From: Paraspadella gotoi
Taxonomy: Eukaryota > Animalia > Chaetognatha
NCBI GenBank assembly: GCA_051294375.1
Contig: CM119267.1
Span: 25,245,783 to 25,309,782, forward strand
DNA: 64,000 nucleotides
Direction of reading: 5' to 3'
The position numbers and the translations under genes are program-made. Under the pieces are notes generated by a model. It searched no databases. It was not told the DNA's origin and was given only the letters and a program-made list of their open reading frames with translations. Every line of letters starts with the position of its first letter. The stretch's first letter is position 1. Positions 1-12,405 of the stretch are shown one piece after another.

Positions 1-210
1 ATCTATTACTCCTTTAATTTTTTGTGCGTTTTTTTTTTCACTACCGAATTTTTCATCGGAGGAGTCGCTTCCACAATCTACACATCTATGGTTGTATTTG
101 GAGAAATACCTTGTTTCTTAGTTCACTTTACTCACGAAAATATTTTCTAGCTGTTCTTTACACTGTTAAAAATGATATTTGTTCAGATAGCGCATTAGTC
201 TTTCAAAAGA

Positions 211-969
211 ATGGTCGGAGAGGGAGATCGTCGAATCTTTGTCGGTCATCTTCCGCCCGACGTCCGCAACAAGGACCTCGAAAATCTTTTCCGCAAATTC
301 GGCCCAATCGTTTTCGTCGACGTGCAGAGAAATAAACGTGGGCCACCCTTCGCCTACGTAGAGTTCGAGCAGCCGGAGGACGCCGCCGACGCTGTCGCAG
401 AGCAAAACGGTCGACGCTTCGCCGGTGAACGATTACGAGTCGAGTTTCCTCGCGGATCCGGAGTTACCCGCTGCTCGGAACGTCAAGAAAGTCTTCCCCG
501 TCGTTCCGTCCACCGATGTCTAGTCTCTGGCCTTCCAGCTTCGGCCACTTTGAGAGAGCTTAAAGAACGCATGGGCGATGCGGGGAAAGTTTGTTTCGCC
601 GACGTGTTGGGCGAAGGGGTGGGCGTCGTCGAGTTCTCGAGCCGAGATGAAATGTTTATGGCCGAATCGAAGCTAAACGACACAGTTTTCCGGTGGCAAA
701 GTGGGGAAGATTCTCTTCTCAAAGTTTTTGTGGATCCGAAGCGTGACATCGGGAAAAAGAGGAGCCGATCTCCCCGCGACTCTGATCGTAGTCCGCTTCT
801 GTTTGCCCACCGACGTCCTCTTCTCAACTCTGATCGTCGTCCTCTTCTCAACGCCGACTTTCGTCCTTTTCTCAACGCTGTCCGTCGATCCATTCTTGAA
901 TCGGCTCGTTATCCTCTGCTCAATGCTCGTCGTAGGCACCTTCCAATCCCAATGATGCGCGATGATTAG
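211..969 (+). CDS. SRSF1/SRSF9-like two-RRM splicing factor, divergent and intronless
   Basis: RRM1 (RIFVGHLPPDVRNKDLENLFRKFG...PPFAYVEFE...DAADAV...LRVEFPRG) and pseudo-RRM2 (RRSVHRCLVSGLP...GKVCFADV...GVGVVEF) match SRSF1/9. The RS domain is reduced to RSRSP. Confidence 0.85.
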   Translation: MVGEGDRRIFVGHLPPDVRNKDLENLFRKFGPIVFVDVQRNKRGPPFAYVEFEQPEDAADAVAEQNGRRFAGERLRVEFPRGSGVTRCSERQESLPRRSVHRCLVSGLPASATLRELKERMGDAGKVCFADVLGEGVGVVEFSSRDEMFMAESKLNDTVFRWQSGEDSLLKVFVDPKRDIGKKRSRSPRDSDRSPLLFAHRRPLLNSDRRPLLNADFRPFLNAVRRSILESARYPLLNARRRHLPIPMMRDD

Positions 970-1565
970 TGTTTTTAATTAGTTTAGACCGAAAACTTGT
1001 CCGATTCTCTTTACAGTGAAATTTTTTTTTTATTTTTGCGAGGTCGTCGTTGATAGTTCTAGTTGTTTTTCAAGTATTTTTCAGGGCTAACCGAGTTCTA
1101 TTCGTCTTTACTGTCTTCTCATTCATTGGCCATCACGCAGTTCCTTTTCATTAATATCGACCAGTCTTCAGTGCTAATCTCTTCGGAATTCATTTACCGG
1201 AAACTACCTCTTGAAGTGGAGTCCACGAAGATTTCCATTTTCGGTCGATGATTATGATTGGTAAAATTCTAGATTCGCCGACTATGATTTTCGCTTCTTA
1301 TCCTTAGGAATATAAACAATTAAACATTTAAAAATTTTACGTATTCCTGAAGAAAAATAGTCAGCTGTTACCTAATTACCCTAACCCTAAACCCTCCTTC
1401 ACAGTAACCACAGTCGGTGAATGTAGAAATAAGCCAAGAGGGAGTTTGAAAACCAACTTTAATTCATCGCTTTATTTTTATGTTAGAATTAGACGACTTT
1501 ACTTTCCAGCCCAAGGACCTTCAACTATTACTAAACAATCTTAACCAAAAGCGCCGACGACGATC

Positions 1566-2478
1566 ATGGATTTTCTCTTTGGTAAAAAGAAGACTCCCGA
1601 CGAAATGCTGCGCCAGAACCAACGGGCGCTTAACAAAGCAATGAGAGAACTGGACAGAGAAAGAACCAAAATGGAACAACAGGAGAAAAAAATCATCGCC
1701 GACATTAAAAAAATGGCTAAACAAGGCCAAATGGACGCGGTTAAGATCATGGCCAAAGATCTGGTCAGGACCAGACGTTACGTCAAAAAGTTCATGTTAA
1801 TGAGAGCTAACATTCAGGTTCTGTATTAGTATTTTCACAACTTAATTCCCATCTCACGTTTTCAATTAAAGTAAAAGCTTATTTTAATCGATTTACAGGC
1901 CGTTTCTCTCAAGATTCAAACTTTAAAATCACAAAACACTATGGCGCAAGCGATGAAAGGCGTCACCCGTGCCATGCAAAAGATGAACAACCAACTTAAA
2001 CTTCCCCAAATCCAAGTTAGTCTTCTACTTTCTAGAAATTCGATTTAGACGTTTATTCTTTTGATTTCAAAGGATTCTCCCTTATTTTTCCAACAGAAAA
2101 TCATGATGGAGTTCGAAAAGCAATCGGAGATCATGGACATGAAAGAGGAGATGATGGAGGACGCCATCGACGACGCTTTGGGCGACGAAGAGGACGAAGA
2201 AGAGGGCGACAAAGTCGTGCAGCAAGTTCTCGACGAGCTCGGGCTCGATCTCGGAGATAAGTTGAACGGTGAGCTCATAATTCTTTCTTCTTTTTTATCC
2301 AACGATGATACTTATACTGGAGGGCGTTTTTCATACAGAATTACCGATGGCCAAAGACAGCATGGCCACTCCGGCGGCCGCCGCGGCAAAAACCCCCGTG
2401 GCGGAAGGCGGCGGCGGCGGCGTCGGAGACCTCGACGCCGACCTTCAATCCAGATTGGACAATCTGAGGCGTGAGTAG
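1566..2478 (+). CDS. CHMP2A: ESCRT-III subunit CHMP2A (Vps2), 4 exons: 1566-1817, 1899-2015, 2097-2268, 2339-2478
   Basis: MDFLFGKKKTPDEMLRQNQRALNKAMRELDRER...MAKQGQMDAVKIMAKDLVRTRRYVKKF; C-terminal MIM DADLQSRLDNLRRE*. GT-AG introns keep the frame. Confidence 0.97.
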
Positions 2479-3182
2479 TCTCGCGCTCTCTTTACACGCG
2501 TATTGTGATTTGTCAGTACAATGTAAATATTGTAGCCACTTAATTATTCTTTTGTATTTTCTTCATTTGTCTGCCTCCTCGGTGCGTTTTTTTTTTATTT
2601 TCGTGGGACGACACTGTCGACAGCTGTCACAACCCGGCTTTCGAGACGTTACATTGAATTCTCAACAAATATTTTTAAGACCACCTAGTTTTTTTCCGAG
2701 TTGAATTATAATGCAGCCGAGCCTAAATTAATCTCAGATGTACGATATGAGTGGACTACAACTCGAACGCTTTTGTTAACGGAGTTTACTAGTCATTTTG
2801 TTTCTTTTTTATAACCTACTGATGATGCCTCTGCCAGAAAGTAAACCCACCTACTACTATATACAGATTACATAAGTGTGACCTATTTTCAGTTCTATCA
2901 AAGTTAGTCAAACAGTTAACGTTTGCTATCGATTTTTTTTTTAAATTAAACATCCTTGACTCTTTTATTATTATTATTATTTTATTATTATTATTTTATT
3001 CGTCAGAATTGTTTAAAATTTAATCATTACGAATTACGTTCTCTTTTGCTGTTTTGATCCATACCTAGTTAATAATTTAGGTGGCATTCCTGAAATTTCT
3101 ATGTGTCAAATTATTTTTACTGATTTCCTAGATGTTGAGCAGAACAAAAGGATAAAAAAAACGAACTGGTTGAGTCGTCGCC

Positions 3183-6100
3183 ATGTCGAATCGTCAACGA
3201 CGAACTGGGACGAACGCGAAGAGCGCGTGGAGCGACGCCCTCGCCTCCACCTCCGCCGCCGAGGGCGATCCTTTCAAGATGTTGCAGAGCGACCTCAGCG
3301 GCGAGCAGTGGGAGTTGTTCCGCAAACTTCGCGAGTTCGACGGGGATTTGGTGGCGGGACTTTCTGACTCCGAGACGGAGATGGAACCCGGCGAGATACG
3401 CTTCGACGGACTTCCGTCATCCGCGGCCTCCGGAGACACGAACGCCACCGCCTCCACCGACACCTCCGTCACCGCCACCGAAACGACTCGTCCCAGCTTC
3501 GTCGAACCCGCACGAGTTTCTTCGATGGTCGCGCACACTTTGACTTTTTCGTCGGGTGGCGCTAGAACCGTCGGCACGGCCTCCCGGGCGGACATAGCCG
3601 CTGCTTATTTAAAGGGAGAGTTGACCTTTACCGGTTAGTAGTCTACAACGTTGCTGTATTTCTTTCTTTCTGATGTCTTCTCTTAATATGTTTTCGTATT
3701 TCAGAATTCAGCAACATGATGGACGACCAGCAGAACCAAGAGTTGGAGGCCGCCCTCCTTGACGGGGCGTTGGACTCGGCCGAGTCGGCATCGATGGTGA
3801 CGTCGAGCGAAGCTGGCCAGAGTCACCTGACGGACATGAGCGGATGCGAAACTGGGAACGAGGCCGAACCCTGGGATCCGCGGCTCGATTTCGACGGGAG
3901 AAAGAAGCGGTGAGCGTGTTACAGAATCCCGTTGTAAGAATTACAATACTGATTTAGTGATTTCTATTTATTTACAGAAAAGGTATACGAAAAGCTCACA
4001 ACAAACTTGACAAGGCTCTACAGGGACTTATGGGGGAAGCGAATATGAGTTTCGCTAAAGGACAGCACGACGAGGCGGTTAAAACCTGTATGGAAGTCAT
4101 TCGTTTAGCTCCAAATGCTCCAGAACCTTTTCGGTAGCTGCATAGTGAATACACAATTGTTTTTCTTTTATTTTATATCATATTTCTTTATCTTTATACT
4201 TTTCCTTTCCTTTTCCCTTTACTCAGGACGCTAGGGATGATCTACGAAGAACTGGGCGATTTGTCCAAATGCCTCCAGTTCTATCTCATCGCCGTCCACC
4301 TCAATCCGGGCGATCCTCAGGAGTGGGTCAAAGTCGCCGAAATGAGTCTGGAGCAGGACGACCCGAAGCAAGCGATCGCATGCTACGGAAAGGCCCTTCG
4401 TTGCGACGCTGAGAACATTCCACTCATGATGAAACGATGTCAACTCCTGGAGAAAGTCGGGGAGAAGAAGAAAGCGCTAGAGGCCTACCAGTCGGTGCTG
4501 CGGTTATTGCCTCCCGAAGAGGGTCCTCGTTATATGAGCCTGGCCCGCGACGTGGCCAAAGGCTACCGCGATATCGAAGCCCTGGATCGTGCCGAGTCGA
4601 CTCTGCGCTCCGCCTTTGCCGCGCATCCTTCACTCATTCTCTCTGAAGACATTAACACCCTGACAGATATCCAGATTCGCCTCAAGCAGCACGAGAAGGC
4701 GTTGAAGATTCTGGCGATCTACTGCGGCGTCGAGTTTTTGTCCGAGGGCGGCCATCGGGTCCCGATCAAGCCGGGCGACGAGGACCGCGTTGATCCCTTG
4801 TCCCTGGAGGTTTGTCTGGTGCCACAGGATTTGCCCGTCGATCTCCGCGTCAAACTCGCCATCTGTCTGGCCTTTCTCGAGTCGGCGGCGCCACCCTTCA
4901 CCGTCGTGGAAAAAGTCCTCGACGAAAGCGCCGAAAAGATCGGCGACCTTTTCCTAGACCTCGCCGACGCCTTTGCCGAAACTGGAAATTACCAGGTCGC
5001 CAATCGTTTCCTTTCTAAACTGGTCGTCTCGCAAAAGTACAACCTCGCTGCCGTCTGGTTGCGCTACGCCGAGTGTCTCAATGCTGTCGGAGATTTGCCC
5101 ACTTGCGTTGAAGCTTACAGGTTTCTGCCACGAAAAATGACTTAGTTTTTTTTTCCCCCCGTCTTATTAAAGGTTTCTAGATATTCGTTTCAGGTCGGTC
5201 ATTACTCTTGCGTCAGGTCACAGAGAAGCGAGGATGGCTATGTCGGCCGTCTTGCAGCAATTAGGCCGTTCCGACGAAGCATTGGATGTTCTTGGAATAG
5301 AGACGGTTTCCGCTTCCATGTAAGAGATTGCTTCTTTGATCCTCATTCTTTCTCGTTTTTTCCATTTTTTATCCTTTTGAATATCATTAGCACCTCTGAC
5401 TCGGAACCCAATCAATTAGGAGACATGCGTTTGCTCCTTCAACGTTGTCTCTTACTTTATTCTCAAAAGAAGTTTGACGAGTTTTTCTTCACTGCAAATC
5501 AAATGCTCTTTGCGCATTTCAAAGATGTCTTCAGCCCTTCTCACTTGGCGACGATTCTCAGCAACCGGTCTTTAAGGCACCGAACCGAGGCTCTTAGACA
5601 GGTAAGATGAAAAGTACTAATTCGGATTCAAAAAAGATTGGCTCTCATTTTAATTCTCATTACAAATTTCAGCTTCACGGGAATGAATTGGCTCAGCGAA
5701 TTTTTTCTGCCCCCAAAATTGTAGCCGCGGATTCCGGCGTGACGGTAAACGACATGTGGGACATTTACCTTAAGGTCTGCTTTGTTTACAATAAATTAAA
5801 TTAAATTTAATAAAAATTTGTTTTCTACGACTGAGACTGCTTATTTCTTTGGTGTCGTCCTTCTAAAAATAGTGTGCCATTGGCACTGTGCCATGCAAAG
5901 AGAACTTAATTTAAACTTATTTGACTAAAGAATGAATTTAAATACGTACATACATCTCAGGTCTGTTACACTCTAATGGAGCGAAAAGATTACAAACAAT
6001 TGGAAAGTTTCACCATCGCGGCGCTGATGACCCCTAACTTCATGAAGGATCCGGCCAAAGCCAAAGAGGCAGAGTTCATCTGTCTCCTCGCCTGCATCTT

Positions 6101-6902
6101 AAACAAAAACGGACACTTTGCCTACAATTTCATCAAAGAAATCTGCGTGAAAGACGTCAACAATTATCGTGCATGGAATCTCTTCTGTCAGATAATCACC
6201 ATTTCTCAGGATCTCCGCCACAATCGGTTCTGTTTGAGACTAATGTTCAAACGGCCCGACCACCTTCCGCTGGGAATTCTCAACGGACACAACTCCCTCG
6301 TCGCGGGCTCGTACAAACATTCCTTGGGAGAGTACGTCGCCGCCCTGAAGCAAACTCCCGAAGATCCACTGATCAATCTTTTGATCGGAGTCACTTTCGT
6401 CCACATGGCGTCGCAGAAATTCGCTACGAAAAGACATTCCCTCGTCGTTCAGGTTAAGTTTCATTTTGAAAAGAGTTACGGTAATAAGAGTTACGGTAAT
6501 AATGCTTTCGTTTAAACCGATCTTTCTTAGATGTACTCTTATTTACCTCTCATCATCATGGCTGCTGTTAAGATTCATTCGGCACGACCTCATCCTATTC
6601 GATAATTACTATCATTCCTGTGACTTTTACAGGCCTGTGCGTTTTTTCATCAATACGTTCAACTCCGTGGCAAAAGCCAAGAGACTTGTTACAATCTCGG
6701 ACGCGCCATGCAACAGTTGGGCCTTTATCACGCCGCGATTCATTATTACAAGGAAGCCCTCGAGTTGGAACCCTGTATAGTGGACGAGACTGAAACTTTT
6801 GATCTGAGACGGGAGGCGGCCTTCAATTTAGTTTTGATTTACAAACACAGCAATTCGCCTTTAATGGCTCAGTTGATAATCCAAAAGTATTTAACCATTT
6901 AA
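3183..6902 (+). CDS. GTF3C3: General transcription factor IIIC subunit 3 (TFIIIC102, TPR protein), multi-exon
   Basis: LQGLMGEANMSFAKG...CMEVIRLAPNAPEPF; LGMIYEELGD..CLQFYLIAVHLNP; RHNRFCLRLM; LNGHNSLVAGSYKHSLGEY; DLRREAAFNLVLIY C-terminus. Confidence 0.93.
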
Positions 6903-7095
6903 ACTTTTCCTTCGCCTGCCCCGGCCAGTATATGCCCCTCTCTCATTGTTTTCCCTTTGATATTTATTTTAAAAGAAATTCTTCCTGTTTTTTGCGAGCT
7001 TAACAAGCGGCTTTACGCTGTTTACGACTTTGATTCCCTCGCTGAGGGTTTTGGTGGCTAAAGCGCCGTTACGTTGCCGACTCTATTCGAGAATC

Positions 7096-8032
7096 ATGTC
7101 GGGAGACATTCCGTTCAACGTCGTCTTCGTTTTGGGCGGACCTGGAGCTGGAAAAGGTGCGGATGTTTTCTTCACATATGAAATATGCATTGTATAGCTT
7201 ATACAATATTTATTTTTTAAATAAAAGGTACGCAGTGCGCTCGCATCTCGGAAGAATTTAAATGGGCACATCTGTCCGCTGGAGATCTGCTGCGTGCCGA
7301 AAGAGCGAAAGGCACAGACGTGGGCAAAGACATTGAGCGCCACATTCGTGAAGGCACCATCGTTCCTGTCGAGGTTACATGTTCTCTGCTGGAGAAGGCC
7401 ATGATCGCAGCCCAGGGTATAAATTAAAATTCTTGCAATTTTTATTCTTACCTCGGACTTAATATTTTCATCCTTCTTTTCATTTTTCCAGCCGAAACCA
7501 ACAACTTTCTCATCGACGGTTTCCCTCGAAACAAAGACAATTTCGAGGGATGGCAACGACAGATGGCGTCCAAGGCCGACGTCAAATTCACTCTCTTCTT
7601 TGATTGCCCTTCGGAAGTTGGCACAGAGCGATGTCTTCAGCGGGGGATGGCGGGCAGCGGAAGGTTGGTGCCTAAGTTTATCACTCGAGAAAGTTTACCG
7701 CAGAGAGAGATTGAGACTTGGTGTAAAAGTGTAAAAGTGTGCGAGTGAAATGAGAGGGCGCATTGATTCTATTGATAGATTGAGACGAATTTACTTTTAA
7801 TTTTGGCTTTTTTAGATTTGAAATGTTTTTTGTTGTTTTGTCTATTTTTAGGGCTGACGACAACGTTGAAAGTTTGAAAAAGCGGTTCGTGACTTACATT
7901 GACTCTACGATGCCCATCATCAAACACTACGAGAGCGCGGGGCTGTTGAGGAAAGTGGACGCCGCTCGATCCCCGAATGAAGTTTACTGTGAAGTCTCTC
8001 AACTCTTTCGCGCCTTGCAGTCCACGAGTTGA
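7096..8032 (+). CDS. CMPK1: UMP-CMP kinase, 4 exons
   Basis: [17 protein letters not shown]-loop, [47 protein letters not shown]. Confidence 0.95.
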
Positions 8033-8361
8033 CTGGACGTTTTGGTCGACCAATGACATTCCCTTTTTATTATATATTACAAAAGATTTACAATACAGCT
8101 TAAAGTTTTAGCGAAATTGTAACAAATATTGTCTAGATAAAATATAATAATGTGTTCGATCTCGTCGGAAAGGGTTCAAGTATTTTTTTTATATCTTTTT
8201 TTCTATCGTGATACACTTGTCAGGTATCAACCAAGTCATTAGTTTTCTTCCCCTTGGTTTGCAATCCAAGTAGTTATCATGTCTCACAAGTATATACTAA
8301 TGTGTTTATTTGCTAGGTATCCCTTTTATTCGAGCTTGAAATCAGGAGTAGCTTCGTTTCC

Positions 8362-9210
8362 ATGTCAGCCTCGGGTGGCTCTTCGCTTTTGCTCAAAAAC
8401 CTGATCCTCTCTCGTCCGGAACATGAGCGAGCGATCAAAGCCTTCTGCGCCGTGCTTGACCGGGTGGAGTCGGCCCTGCAGCGCCGATCCGAAGACGCAG
8501 TGGCCAAGAGTCCTCCTCGGGTCGTCGCCCTCGTTCCTTCCTACTTCCCGCCCTCGATGATCGTCGACTGCTACAACGCGGGACTAAGACATTTCGGCGA
8601 GTCGCTTCACCACGAACTCATCAAGCGCGCCGAGAACGAGGACATCCTCAGACATTGCCCTGACATCAAGTGGCACTTCTACGGCCCCATCCAGCCATCG
8701 CTGGGCAACAGCCGCCTCGTCCGAACCGCAAATCTTTTCATCATTGAGACGGTGCAGAACGAGACGGTGGCCAACATTCTCGAACGCTGCGCCGCCCAGG
8801 AAAAGTTGCCCGGACTCAAGGTGATGGCGCAAGTGAGCTGCGGCGCTGCGGTGGAGAGGGAAGGAGACCGGGCCACGCCCTTGACGGCGCACGTGCTTTG
8901 CCGACACGTCGTCGAGGATTGCCCTCATTTGGAACTCTGCGGCCTGATGCTCGACGGGTCAGCCAATCGGTCAGCCAACCGGTCGAGCAACAACGAGGCC
9001 GACGACGACGACTTCCAAATGTTGACCAAGGCGAGGTTGGACGTCTGCCGTCGGCTCCAGATCGAAGTGGAGGATTTCGAGTTGAGCATGGGCATGAACC
9101 ACGACTTCGAACTCGCCGTCGAGATGGGCAGCTCTAACGTGCGGATTGGAGGGCCCCAACTTTTTGGAAGCCCCAGCGTTTTGTCAGGAACCAAAGATAG
9201 GTCGGATTGA
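8362..9210 (+). CDS. PLPBP: PLPBP/PROSC/YggS-family protein, divergent and intronless
   Basis: YNAGLRHFGE...ILRHCPDIKWHFYG, CPHLELCGLM, ELSMGMNHDFELAVEMGSSNVRIG. The VSKT lysine motif is absent. Confidence 0.88.
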   Translation: MSASGGSSLLLKNLILSRPEHERAIKAFCAVLDRVESALQRRSEDAVAKSPPRVVALVPSYFPPSMIVDCYNAGLRHFGESLHHELIKRAENEDILRHCPDIKWHFYGPIQPSLGNSRLVRTANLFIIETVQNETVANILERCAAQEKLPGLKVMAQVSCGAAVEREGDRATPLTAHVLCRHVVEDCPHLELCGLMLDGSANRSANRSSNNEADDDDFQMLTKARLDVCRRLQIEVEDFELSMGMNHDFELAVEMGSSNVRIGGPQLFGSPSVLSGTKDRSD

Positions 9211-9499
9211 ATTAGATTTTGGCAACTCGTGGACATTTTGCGACAAGATCGACTGGGTCTTCAGAGAACAGTTAAAATTATAAAACCAATCACGCTCAGT
9301 TTTGGCTTTTAACTGGTGCACGCACCTGAAAAATGTTGCTTTGTGATTACAATCTCTATTTTAATTAAAAGTAGTTGTAGAAAGAAAACTTGTTTTCACG
9401 CGTTATTTTAATCCGTTTTTATGAACAAAAATTATATACTTTTTAACCTTTCTTAAAGATTTTTGTAAATATTTATAATAAACCTTTAAATTAAAAACA

Positions 9500-10108
9500 A
9501 TGAAAATTTGGGAATCGCAGCACACTTTCGCCCACTCATGGGAGACTGTAACGTCTGCTTTGTGGCGCAAATACCCCAACCCCCACAACACTCACGTGGT
9601 CGGCGTCGACGTGATCGAGCGTCGGGTGACTCCCGAGGGGTTGCTCGTCTCCGAGCGACTCATGACCACCCAGTGGGGCCTCGCCCATTGGGTCAAAAAA
9701 CTTATCGGGTTCGAAGACGACGCCTACGCTCACGAGATCTCCACTGTGGACGCGGGACGAAAGCGGCTCGACCTCGTCTCACGAAACTTGACATTTTGCA
9801 GCAAAGTGAACGTGGAGGAACGAATCACTTACTCGCCTGATCCCGATGATCCCGAGAACAAGACTCTGATGAACCAGCAGGCCATCGTCACCGTGCAGGG
9901 CGTCCCTCTAACGTCCTACATGGAGCAATTGATGACGACGTCCATCGCGGGCAACGCGTCCAACGGGCGGCGGGCGCTCGAGTACGTCATCCAACGCCTG
10001 CAGTCAGACGCCAAGGAGATCAAGGAGACTCTGACCAAATTGGACTCGGATTTGAAGACCTCGTTGGACGACATCATCAAGGACGGGCCGAGACCGCGAA
10101 ACATGTGA
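9500..10108 (+). CDS. PRELID3: PRELI/SLMO-domain mitochondrial lipid transfer protein, intronless
   Basis: MKIWESQHTFAHSWETVTSALWRKYPNPHNTHVVGVDV; QAIVTVQGVPLTSYME; NASNGRRALEYVI. Confidence 0.93.
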   Translation: MKIWESQHTFAHSWETVTSALWRKYPNPHNTHVVGVDVIERRVTPEGLLVSERLMTTQWGLAHWVKKLIGFEDDAYAHEISTVDAGRKRLDLVSRNLTFCSKVNVEERITYSPDPDDPENKTLMNQQAIVTVQGVPLTSYMEQLMTTSIAGNASNGRRALEYVIQRLQSDAKEIKETLTKLDSDLKTSLDDIIKDGPRPRNM

Positions 10109-10522
10109 GGGAAGAAGACGCGCGCCGACTTGCCTCTTGGATCAATCGATTTAGAACAGTTAGGGATAGCTGAGACGCGAGAGAGTTCGTTACGAAATCC
10201 AAGGAGAATTATTAACATATTATCTCCAATTATTTGCTTCTTCAAAAAATGGCTAGTCCTTTGTTAACTTTTATCGTCTCAAGAGATAATGCAGGAATCG
10301 ACAAAGAACATGCCGAAAATAGTAATAGTAATTTAATGAAATACCAAATCGGCAGATTTAAACGCGAAAACCAGATTTGATTTTAAAGCTGATCTCATCT
10401 GGTTGTTTGTTTATGTTTTTGTTGACATTTTTTTTTTAACCTACACCAGATTACGTTTTAAACGTATAGTACACCAAAGTACTTTAACTTAACCCTAAAC
10501 GTAATAATACCGCGTTAACAAA

Positions 10523-11996
10523 ATGGTGGGCATTTCTTGTCGTTTCTACAAACACAAGTTTCCCGAAGTGGAGGAGGTGATCATGGTAAACGTTCGCTCC
10601 ATCGCCGATATGGGCGCCTACGCTTCGCTTCTCGAATACAACAACATCGAAGGCATGATCCTCCTCAGCGAGTTGTCGCGTCGACGAATTCGCTCCATCA
10701 ACAAACTCATCCGCGTGGGTCGATCTGAAGTCGTCGTCGTCATCCGAGTCGATCGAGAAAAGGGATACATCGATCTCTCCAAGCGTCGCGTCTCCCCGGA
10801 AGACGTGAAAAAATGCGACGAGAAGTACGCGCGCGGCAAGTGCGTCAACAGCATCCTGCGGCACGTTGCCGAGATCCTCGAGTACGCCACCAATGAGCAG
10901 CTGGAGGAGCTCTACGAAAAAACCGCCTGGTACTTCGACGGTAAGATCGGCAAGCCGGGCGCCTGCTTCGACGTCTTCAAGAACGCCGTCCAGGACCCCT
11001 CGGTTCTCGACGAATGCGACCTGGAGCCAGAGACCAAGGAAATCCTCGTCAACGAGATAAAGCGCCGCCTGACGCCGCAGGCCGTCAAAATCCGCGCCGA
11101 CATCGAGGTCTCCTGCTACGAGTACGAGGGCATCGACGCCGTCAAGCGCGCCCTCACATCAGGGGTGGAGTCGTGCACCTCGGAGGAGAATCAGATCAAG
11201 TGCAACCTCATCGCCCCGCCCATCTACGTCCTCACCATGACGACGCTGGAGAAGAACGAGGGCCTTAACGTCCTCAACGTCGCCATCGAGAAGATAAAGA
11301 CGATCATAGAATCCGCCGGCGGGACCTTCAACATGAAGATGGCGCCCAAGGTCGTCACTGTCACCGATGAAGAGGACCTTCAGGCGCAAATGGAGGCAGC
11401 GGAGAGGGAGAACACTCAGGTACCTGGGATATTTAATTGTTTTATTATTATTATATTATTATTATAATTTATCTTTGTTGTACATTGCACAATGTATTAT
11501 TTTCTAATGTTTTTTTTCTCTCTCTCTCTCTCAATTTCATTTCTTTTAATTAATTTTAATTTAATTTCTTTTCACAATCTAGCTCAATCTGTCTTCACCT
11601 TAAACTTTCCTCACTTCTGACCACTGTTCTTTTCTAAACTCTGTGTTGGAAACTTTGCCCTCTCTCTCTCCTTTTCTTTTGCACAAATATTTTTCAAAAT
11701 TCTCAAACAATTTTTGGCGCTGATGAAGGCTTGTACACAGAGCCGAAACATGTACGTCCTGATACAATAAAATCGTTGTTGAATTCAAGTTCAAACGTCT
11801 TCTACTAATTTAAAACACAACGAAACGAAAGGAAATTCACGATGCATATTTATCATTAATTAAAAAATGATTACTACTCAACTATCAGGTGGAAGGCGAC
11901 GACGACAATTCGGACGAAAACGAGGAAGGCAGCGACGATGGTAGCGAAGAGGAGGGGGATCCGGCGAAAGCGAATGGAGTCCCGGAGGAGGAATGA
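10523..11996 (+). CDS. EIF2S1: Translation initiation factor eIF2-alpha, 2 exons: 10523-11419, 11889-11996
   Basis: [36 protein letters not shown] (Ser51 site), [27 protein letters not shown]; acidic tail in exon 2. Confidence 0.98.
11711..11771 (+). ncRNA. Minimal type-I hammerhead ribozyme core (Penelope pLTR-like remnant) in the EIF2S1 intron
   Basis: CTGATGA (11720-26), A, GGCT/AGCC stem II, GAAA (11745-48), short stem III with the palindrome ACATGT, GTC (11756-58), then AATAAA at 11766. Stem I is poorly paired. Confidence 0.65.
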
Positions 11997-12405
11997 AACT
12001 CGTGGCGAATAGTGTTAGAACTTATTTCCAGATTTAGTTTCGTCGTAACCCTTTTGTCTTTTTTTAAAGGAGACCGTTGGATTTAATTTCATAGCTGCAA
12101 TCGTTGATTGGGATTTTTTTTCAGGTTTTTAATTGAGACAGGAAACCGAATCTTTTCGACTTCTAATGTGAAGACGAACCTTATATGATAATTCAATCTT
12201 TTCGTTTCACAAAACGTCATTTTTTATCATATCGCTAACGTCTATAGACTCTCAATTTGCATTTTTTTTGTTTTTGAATAAAATCCATATTCTCGAACAA
12301 ACTATCGCGCTTTAAACAAAGAAATCCAGATTAAAAACGACTCTCTTCATTTAGAAATATTCAATTATTCATCTGTATCATTGACAACCGTTAACTTTCA
12401 CAAAG

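Noticed and set aside
1352-1395. TTACCCTAACCCTAAACCCT preceded by AAAAATAGTCAGCTG, reminiscent of a telomerase RNA template and pseudoknot strand
   Set aside because: The elements are in the wrong order and no U-rich P3 partner, CR4/5 or H/ACA domain is recognisable. More likely a short telomere-like or promoter motif (similar AACCCTAAAC at ~10491).
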